NCBI GenBank assembly: GCA_900752335.1
Contig: CAADUZ010000024.1
Coordinates: 2,200 to 66,199, forward strand
DNA length: 64,000 nucleotides
DNA from: Clostridia bacterium
GTDB lineage: Bacteria > Bacillota > Clostridia > TANB77 > CAG-508
Direction: 5' to 3'
Of the stretch, positions 58,023-64,000 are shown piece after piece (position 1 is the stretch's first letter; every line of letters starts with the position of its first letter). Both the position numbers and the translations under genes were made by a program. The notes under the pieces were generated by a model. The model was not told the DNA's origin. It worked only from the letters and a program-made list of their open reading frames with translations, and did not search any database.

Positions 58023-59651
58023 TTAAAAATTTGCTTGCTTCATTACATTGCTAATAAACTCTTCTTTTTGCAAAGGTTTTGAGTAATAATACCCTTGCAG
58101 AATATCACAACCTTTTTCCGTTAAATATTCTTTCTGTGTTTTTGTTTCCACCCCTTCTGCTATGGTTTTTAATTTAAACTTTTTGGCTATATTTAATATA
58201 TCTTCTACAATATTTTGGTCTACAAAAGACTTGTCTATTTTAAGTATATCTATTGGCATATCATATAGAATGTTTAAAGAAGAATATCCTGTTCCAAAAT
58301 CGTCTATTGATATTAGAAATCCTGCTTTTTTTATTTCTTTCATAATTTTTATCATATCTATTTTGCTATCTATCGTTGCACTTTCAGTTATTTCTAAATC
58401 TAATTTTTCAGTGCTTATGCCATACTTATTAGCTATTTTTGCGTAGTCATTTATGAAGTCCTTTTCTACCAAATGTTTTCTTGAAACATTAATCGATATA
58501 GGTATATCCACACCATAGTTTTCTTTCCATTCTTTCATGTCCTTGCAGACTCTTTCAAAAATATATAGGTCTAATTTTAATATGAATTTGTTTCTTTCAA
58601 AAATCGGTATAAACACACTTGGCATAATCATTTTATCATTTTTCTTCCATCTAACAAGTGCTTCTGCTCCATATATTTTTCCTGTTTTTGCATACACTTT
58701 TGGTTGGTAATAAACCACAAATTCGTTATCCTTCAGGGCCTTTTTCATGTCCTTTTCTATTTGCTTTTCTAATGCTGAATAATTTTTTCTCCTTTTGAAA
58801 TTTATTATAACTATATATGAAAGAATTGTTAGTATTACAATTATAACCACAATAACCATAATAAATGTAGTAAGAAGTGCTTTATTTATTTCGCCTGCTA
58901 TTGTTTTTGATGGAATAAACGAAACAATGGACCATTTGTTCACCTCTATATTTTCCTGTGCCATATAATATTTATTGCCGTCTATATCAATTATTTTAGT
59001 TTTTTTGTCTTTGTTGTTTTGTAAAATATCTGCTATTTTTTTACTGTCAATTTCTTTATTACTACTAACAACTATATTTCCTTCTCTATTTGTAATATAG
59101 CTAAAACCTTCTCCCTCAAATATTTTATTAGAAAATATATCTTTATATGAATTTGTATTTACAATTAAAAGGATTGCTATTTTTTCTTTTTTTATTTTTA
59201 TCATTTTTGAGTATATATTTATTTCTTCTCCATTTATTTTACTTTTTCTGTTTTCTGATATTAAGATTTCTGCATCAGAAAAGAAGTTTTCTTTTTCACT
59301 TGAATAGTCTAATTCATACCCATCATTTGTTATAGTATAGCCATCTTCATACATTATTCCCATTCGTATAAAATTGCTCGTAATCTCACTTTTTTCATAT
59401 AAATCAAATATTTTTTCTTCATTTATCTCATTATCTTGAGTTATTTGACTTGCAACAGTTTGCAATATTTCTTTTTGCTTTGATATTTTAGTATTTAAGT
59501 TTTCTGCATCAGTTTTTGTTATAGTGTCTATGCTATTACTTGCATTTGTTTCTATCTTATTTATCATGTATGTCATATAGCTTATTCCTATTGTTACTAG
59601 GACTATTAATATGAAGAGGATGGTGAGAAGCGGTTTAATATTTTTTCTCAT
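58023..59651 (-). CDS. sensor c-di-GMP phosphodiesterase (EAL domain) with periplasmic sensing domain
   Basis: 542 aa; TM, extracytoplasmic domain, second TM, EAL (YYQPKV…EALVRW, DDFGTGYSSL). No GGDEF seen. Confidence 0.8.
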   Translation of the reverse strand: MRKNIKPLLTILFILIVLVTIGISYMTYMINKIETNASNSIDTITKTDAENLNTKISKQKEILQTVASQITQDNEINEEKIFDLYEKSEITSNFIRMGIMYEDGYTITNDGYELDYSSEKENFFSDAEILISENRKSKINGEEINIYSKMIKIKKEKIAILLIVNTNSYKDIFSNKIFEGEGFSYITNREGNIVVSSNKEIDSKKIADILQNNKDKKTKIIDIDGNKYYMAQENIEVNKWSIVSFIPSKTIAGEINKALLTTFIMVIVVIIVILTILSYIVIINFKRRKNYSALEKQIEKDMKKALKDNEFVVYYQPKVYAKTGKIYGAEALVRWKKNDKMIMPSVFIPIFERNKFILKLDLYIFERVCKDMKEWKENYGVDIPISINVSRKHLVEKDFINDYAKIANKYGISTEKLDLEITESATIDSKIDMIKIMKEIKKAGFLISIDDFGTGYSSLNILYDMPIDILKIDKSFVDQNIVEDILNIAKKFKLKTIAEGVETKTQKEYLTEKGCDILQGYYYSKPLQKEEFISNVMKQANF

Positions 59652-59756
59652 AGTTTCACCTTTGCTTATTTTTTTACTATATTTATTTTGAGTTGTATTT
59701 TGATTATTTATACAAAAAACTACCTACATACTTTATTGTACATTGGTAGTTTTATT

Positions 59757-60614
59757 TCATCTATTTATAAATTCTTTTAGAATATCTATTTTCTCTTCCA
59801 TATCTTTTTTGCCATCTTCATATAATTTTTGCAGTTTTTCTTTATCTTTTTCTAGTCTTGATACTGTAACAGGCACTTTTGGTGCAATTACCATAATTTC
59901 TCCTCTTTTTTCTAATTCGTTAATATGCACTTTTAAGTCATTATATCTTTCTGGCATAGTACAAAGTTTTTCCACAAGTTTAGGATATTTATGATAAACT
60001 TTTTTATACACACGCTTCATTGTATTAGAAACTTCTGGTTTTCTATAATCTCTATCACGAGTTAAAACCACTACAATGTTTTTGTGGCCTTCTTTTAATG
60101 CCCAGTCTACTGGTATTGGCATTGTTACTGCTCCATCTAAATAGTGGTTGTTTCCTATCTTTACCATTCTTGAACAAAGTGGCATACTAGAAGATGCTTG
60201 TACCACTTTATATATGTCGTCTTTGCAGTCACTTTTTTCCACATATTCTGCTATGCCTTTTTCGCAATTAGTAATAACTGCAATGAATTTTTGCGTTGAA
60301 TTTTTAAATGTTTCTTCGTCAAAAGGATATTCTTTTTTAGAAATTTCGTTAAACAAATAGTCGTATCCAATGAGTCCTTTTTCTTTTCTTAATGCTTTTA
60401 TACCTATGTATCTTGGATTATCGCAATATTCTATATTAAGTTTTGCCGCCCTGCCTTCTTGTTTTGCCACATAATTCATACCAGTAAGTGCTCCTGCAGA
60501 AACACCTAAAATATAATTTGCTTCTATGTTATTCTTTAATAATACATCTAAAACGCCTGAAGTATACTGGCTTCTTAAAGCTCCTCCTTCTAGTATTAAT
60601 GTTAGTTCTTGCAT
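59757..60614 (-). CDS. patatin-like phospholipase
   Basis: GGALRSQYTSGVLD (GGxR), GVSAGA (GxSxG), DGA. Confidence 0.8.
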   Translation of the reverse strand: MQELTLILEGGALRSQYTSGVLDVLLKNNIEANYILGVSAGALTGMNYVAKQEGRAAKLNIEYCDNPRYIGIKALRKEKGLIGYDYLFNEISKKEYPFDEETFKNSTQKFIAVITNCEKGIAEYVEKSDCKDDIYKVVQASSSMPLCSRMVKIGNNHYLDGAVTMPIPVDWALKEGHKNIVVVLTRDRDYRKPEVSNTMKRVYKKVYHKYPKLVEKLCTMPERYNDLKVHINELEKRGEIMVIAPKVPVTVSRLEKDKEKLQKLYEDGKKDMEEKIDILKEFINR

Positions 60615-60645
60615 TTTATCACCTTTCTAATTCATACATGTTGTT

Positions 60646-61200
60646 TTATATATTCTTTTTTACTCTACATGGATTTCCATACGCTACTACATTTGCAGGA
60701 ATGTCCTTCGTTACAACACTTCCTGCCCCTATTGTAGAATTATCGCCTATTGTAACCCCTGGAAGAATTGTAACATTTCCTCCTATCCATACATTGTTTC
60801 CAATTTTTACACTTTTTGCATATTCTAGTCCTTCATTTCGCTCTTCTGTATTTATAGGGTGGTAAGCAGTATAAATGTTACAGTTTGGAGCAATAAATAC
60901 ATTATCTCCTATTTCAACTTTAGCAGCATCCAATATTATTAATCCGTGATTTGCATAAAAATTATCTCCAACACTTATATTATATCCATAATCACATAAA
61001 AAAGGCTGTTCTATGCGAATATTTTTTCCTGCTTTTCCTAATATTTTATTAATTATTTCTTCTCTTTTCTCTATTGCTGATGGTTTTAGATTATTGTATT
61101 CATAACATAAGTCTTTTGCCTTAAGCATTTCATTTATTAATTCTTTGTCATAATTAGGATTATATATCTCTCCTAAATCTCTTTTTTCTTTTTCAGTCAC
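60646..61200 (-). CDS. maa: maltose/galactoside O-acetyltransferase (hexapeptide repeat, Mac family)
   Basis: 184 aa; Mac N-terminal domain plus left-handed beta-helix hexapeptide repeats. Confidence 0.8.
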   Translation of the reverse strand: MTEKEKRDLGEIYNPNYDKELINEMLKAKDLCYEYNNLKPSAIEKREEIINKILGKAGKNIRIEQPFLCDYGYNISVGDNFYANHGLIILDAAKVEIGDNVFIAPNCNIYTAYHPINTEERNEGLEYAKSVKIGNNVWIGGNVTILPGVTIGDNSTIGAGSVVTKDIPANVVAYGNPCRVKKNI

Positions 61201-61202
61201 TT

Positions 61203-61823
61203 TTATTCTCCTTTGTTGTTATTTTCGTTTTTATCATCGCTTATTCCCATTGTTTCTTTTATAACTTGATTTAAAAACTCAATATTTGCATCATCTAATA
61301 CAGTTTCTTTATCATTTTTTGATAAGCTTTTTATCTCTGGTTTAAAGCAGTATATTATTCCATTAGTGTCTTCTATTATATATGTTACTGTAGCATTATC
61401 AGTTATTTTGCTATTATATTCCAAATGTCCTATTATATCTCTAATATCGCTTTTATTTATATCATTTACTTCTTTTTTGTTCTCTGGGTCTTTAGTAGAA
61501 TATATATACATTGGTGCCCTATCATACTCTTCTACTTCGTTGTCAAAATCATTTATATCCATAAGCCAAGAGCCAATTTTGGTTTCGTTATATCCATTTA
61601 TTTTATTAAATTTTATAACCTTATATCCAAGTCCATAATATTCTCTCGAGCCACCATCCAAGTATGCTCCTTCTGATGCGACACAATATAGTGGGTCCAT
61701 GCCATTATCAATTCTTGCTTTATCTATGCTGTATAAAATTATTCCAAGAGTCGTTAGAACTATAACAGAAATTAAAATTATAACTAATATAGATATTAAG
61801 GCTACTTTAATCGTTTCTTTCAT
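61203..61823 (-). CDS. hypothetical N-terminally anchored protein
   Basis: 206 aa; single N-terminal TM. Confidence 0.4.
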   Translation of the reverse strand: MKETIKVALISILVIILISVIVLTTLGIILYSIDKARIDNGMDPLYCVASEGAYLDGGSREYYGLGYKVIKFNKINGYNETKIGSWLMDINDFDNEVEEYDRAPMYIYSTKDPENKKEVNDINKSDIRDIIGHLEYNSKITDNATVTYIIEDTNGIIYCFKPEIKSLSKNDKETVLDDANIEFLNQVIKETMGISDDKNENNNKGE

Positions 61824-61950
61824 ACGTTTTCCTCCTTATTTTTCCGAGTAATGCTATTCTTTTGTTGTGTTTCAATTTGTATTTATTATGTCATTAAAAT
61901 TTATATCTTATATTATAATAGATTATATTTATTTTTCCAATAGAATTACT

Positions 61951-62024
61951 AATATTTTTTCAATTTTATTTTACACACAAAAAAACCGCTATAAGTTTTA
62001 TACTTATAACGGTTATTGGTTTTA
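61951..62024. repeat. 72-bp direct repeat (copy 1) containing an intrinsic terminator
   Basis: aatattttttcaattttattttacacacaaaaaaaccgctataagttttatacttataacggttattggtttt; about 93% identical to 63424-63496. Confidence 0.8.
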
Positions 62025-62042
62025 AATATTCTACTCTTTCTA

Positions 62043-63260
62043 TCAGCTTTCAGGATTTACATAAAGCTGGAGGCGGAATGAAATGTTGGTAGAGCTATTG
62101 CTCGTAGCAACGTTGCCACGAAAAGCTGCATAGAGGCTATTGTAGTAACCACCACCTCTACTGACACAAGGACCGTGGCCGCTTGAGTACTCTGTTGTCC
62201 ATTCAAAACAATTACCTAATAAATCATGAATATTAGAATAATTATCTGCTTCATATTCTCCTGTTTGTGTTCTATTGTCTGTTCCTATATTTCCATAAGT
62301 AGCATCGGTTGTTGTTGCTAATAAATATCCTTCTGTATTAGTCTGACATATAAAGTTTAATGCTGTATCCCATGCATAACTACTTATTAGTTCACTTGTT
62401 ACATAACTATTTCCATTATACATTGCTTCCGCTTGTGTTTTTGCATTATCTCTTGTTATATCTACATATGGATTTACTCCTGCTTTACATACATTTCCTT
62501 CTCCTTGCTCATATCTGCCTATATAAAACCCTTTGTTATTAGTTGCGCTTGTTTTAAAAGCATCTATCTGGTCCTTTGCTACTGAATTTTCATTTCCTTC
62601 TCCATAATAATATTCATTATCTTCAATATTTTCTCCGGCTATTGCATCATCTCCATTTACTGGCGTTGAATCACTATCTGTAAATGTTCTTCTACTTAAT
62701 TCATTTGTTAATTTACCGGATGAATTTATTGTATCGGATACGTTATATTCTCCTACTGGTATCCACACAAATTGATTTCCGGCGTCGTCCTCTATTACTA
62801 TCCCTTCTTCTACTTTTGTTCCACTATCTTTATCCAAATGAAATCCACCTGGTATTTTTACAGAATTATCTAAATCGTCTGTTATTGTTGTTGTATCTTC
62901 AAATTTTGGTCCATCTTCACTTGGATTTGGTTTTGCTTCTTCTATTGGCGTAGTTTCTTCTGGTGGATTTGTTGTACCTGTTCCCGCAAGTATGCCGTTT
63001 ATAAATTTCTCTGCTCCTTTTAATTCGTCTTGCTCGTCTTTTTGTGCTTGCTCTGTTAATGTTTTTCCTTCTTGGGCTCTTTGTATTAATCCACCTTCTC
63101 CGAACACTAATGTTATTGTTACTGTTGCAAGTATTATTAGAATAATAATTGTTATAACTAATGCAATTAATGTAATACCTCTTTCTTTACTATACATTTT
63201 TGAAGTTCTTTGAAGACTTGTTTTGCCTACTTTTTTGTTTGGCTCATTTGCTTCTTTCAT
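62043..63260 (-). CDS. pilin-like N-terminal TM segment fused to an FGE-sulfatase domain protein, paralog 2
   Basis: 405 aa; RGITLIALVITIIILIILA; C-terminus GNCFEWTTE…SRGGGYY…SFRLQ. Long blocks about 90% nt-identical to paralog 1. Confidence 0.65.
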   Translation of the reverse strand: MKEANEPNKKVGKTSLQRTSKMYSKERGITLIALVITIIILIILATVTITLVFGEGGLIQRAQEGKTLTEQAQKDEQDELKGAEKFINGILAGTGTTNPPEETTPIEEAKPNPSEDGPKFEDTTTITDDLDNSVKIPGGFHLDKDSGTKVEEGIVIEDDAGNQFVWIPVGEYNVSDTINSSGKLTNELSRRTFTDSDSTPVNGDDAIAGENIEDNEYYYGEGNENSVAKDQIDAFKTSATNNKGFYIGRYEQGEGNVCKAGVNPYVDITRDNAKTQAEAMYNGNSYVTSELISSYAWDTALNFICQTNTEGYLLATTTDATYGNIGTDNRTQTGEYEADNYSNIHDLLGNCFEWTTEYSSGHGPCVSRGGGYYNSLYAAFRGNVATSNSSTNISFRLQLYVNPES

Positions 63261-63423
63261 TTTTTCTTTTCTCCTTTCTTATGTACCTTTTTCTTTTTAG
63301 TCTTATCCTTTTTGTTTCTTTTTATACATTTATTTAATCAATAGTCTTTTCGTACTTTGTCGTTTTATACTTCCAGTACGTTTTTATTTTATACTAATAG
63401 TTCTGTTTTTACAATACTTTTTT

Positions 63424-63496
63424 AAAATTTTTTCAATTTTATTTTAGGCACAAAAAAACCGCTATAAGCTTTATACTTATAACGGTTATTTGTTTT
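63424..63496. repeat. 72-bp direct repeat (copy 2) containing the rny terminator
   Basis: Near-identical to 61951-62024; hairpin ccgctataag…cttataacgg then a T-tract on the minus strand. Confidence 0.8.
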
Positions 63497-63540
63497 ATTC
63501 TCAAAATTTGCCATTTTTATCTCTGTCCTCAATGGTTATA

Positions 63541-63578
63541 AAATGGGAAAATGAGACCTGTCCCCAAATTCTCATTTT
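63541..63578. repeat. degenerate copy of the 47659 palindromic element
   Basis: aaatgggaaaatgagacctgtccccaaattctcatttt matches the loop/arm junction of the 47659-47738 element on the opposite strand. Confidence 0.6.
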
Positions 63579-64000
63579 GCGTAGTCTATTACTCTTGTTT
63601 CTCTAACTAGGTTTACTTTTATCTGTCCTGGGTATTCCATTTCGTCTTCTACTTTTTTAGCTACGTCCCTTGCCATTATTACCATTTGGTCGTCTGATAT
63701 TTTTTCTGGTTTTACTATTATTCTTATTTCTCTACCAGCTTGTATAGCGAAAGATTTTTCTACTCCTTCAAATGAGTCTGCTATGTTTTCAAGTGATTCT
63801 AGCCTTTTTATGTAGTTTTCTAATGTTTCGCGTCTTGCTCCTGGTCTTGATGCTGATATTGCGTCTGCTGCTTGTACTAAAACTGCTTCTATTGTTTGTG
63901 GTTCTACGTCGCCATGGTGTGCTTGTACGGCATTTATTACTTTGTCGTTTTCTTTGTATTTCTTTAATACTTCCACACCTATTTCTACGTGTGTTCCTTC
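63572..64000 (-). CDS. rny: ribonuclease Y, C-terminal HD domain (5' part of gene beyond window)
   Basis: [44 protein letters not shown] is the RNase Y C-terminus. The frame is open to the window edge. Confidence 0.85.
   Translation of the reverse strand, partial: EGTHVEIGVEVLKKYKENDKVINAVQAHHGDVEPQTIEAVLVQAADAISASRPGARRETLENYIKRLESLENIADSFEGVEKSFAIQAGREIRIIVKPEKISDDQMVIMARDVAKKVEDEMEYPGQIKVNLVRETRVIDYAK

Noticed and set aside
1-64000. CRISPR arrays or cas genes
   Set aside because: No regularly spaced direct repeats were found. The only tandem repeat is the (CT)11 microsatellite.

Overview
Low-GC (about 25-27%) Firmicutes chromosome, Clostridium-like with sporulation genes. Most genes are on the minus strand. 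Recognisable core genes in order: ABC-F ATPase (partial), GNAT, xerC/D-like recombinase, dpaB, class B PBP, acyltransferase-3, ackA-pta, gerQ-cwlJ, tRNA-Leu(GAG), rluA-like, P-type ATPase, smpB, fba, peroxiredoxin, GT2, metG, glmM, argS, pfkA, the full spoIIIAA-AH operon, yebC, an AbiEi/AbiEii pair, GntR+ABC-2 transporter, PBP1A, relQ-like alarmone synthetase, AI-2E transporter, copZ-copA, EAL phosphodiesterase, patatin, maa, rny (partial). Points worth a second look: (1) a tight five-gene operon pairing a YhhQ-type queuosine-precursor transporter with an NDT/DNPH1-fold enzyme, a dNK-like kinase, a PHP phosphoesterase and a ParB/Srx-like protein, which may be a 7-deazapurine deoxynucleoside salvage or modification module; (2) two paralogous proteins with a pilin-like N-terminus fused to an FGE-sulfatase domain, lying as direct repeats about 29 kb apart around the spoIIIA region, the second flanked by 72-bp direct repeats; (3) two single-gene higher-GC insertions (a beta-CASP MBL nuclease and a ClpX-like AAA+ ATPase); (4) several small palindromic repeat families and a (CT)11 microsatellite; (5) four indel-type frameshifts in conserved genes (xer-like, dpaB, spoIIIAG, pbp1A), either real pseudogenes or assembly errors. 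No CRISPR array, rRNA or obvious prophage is present.
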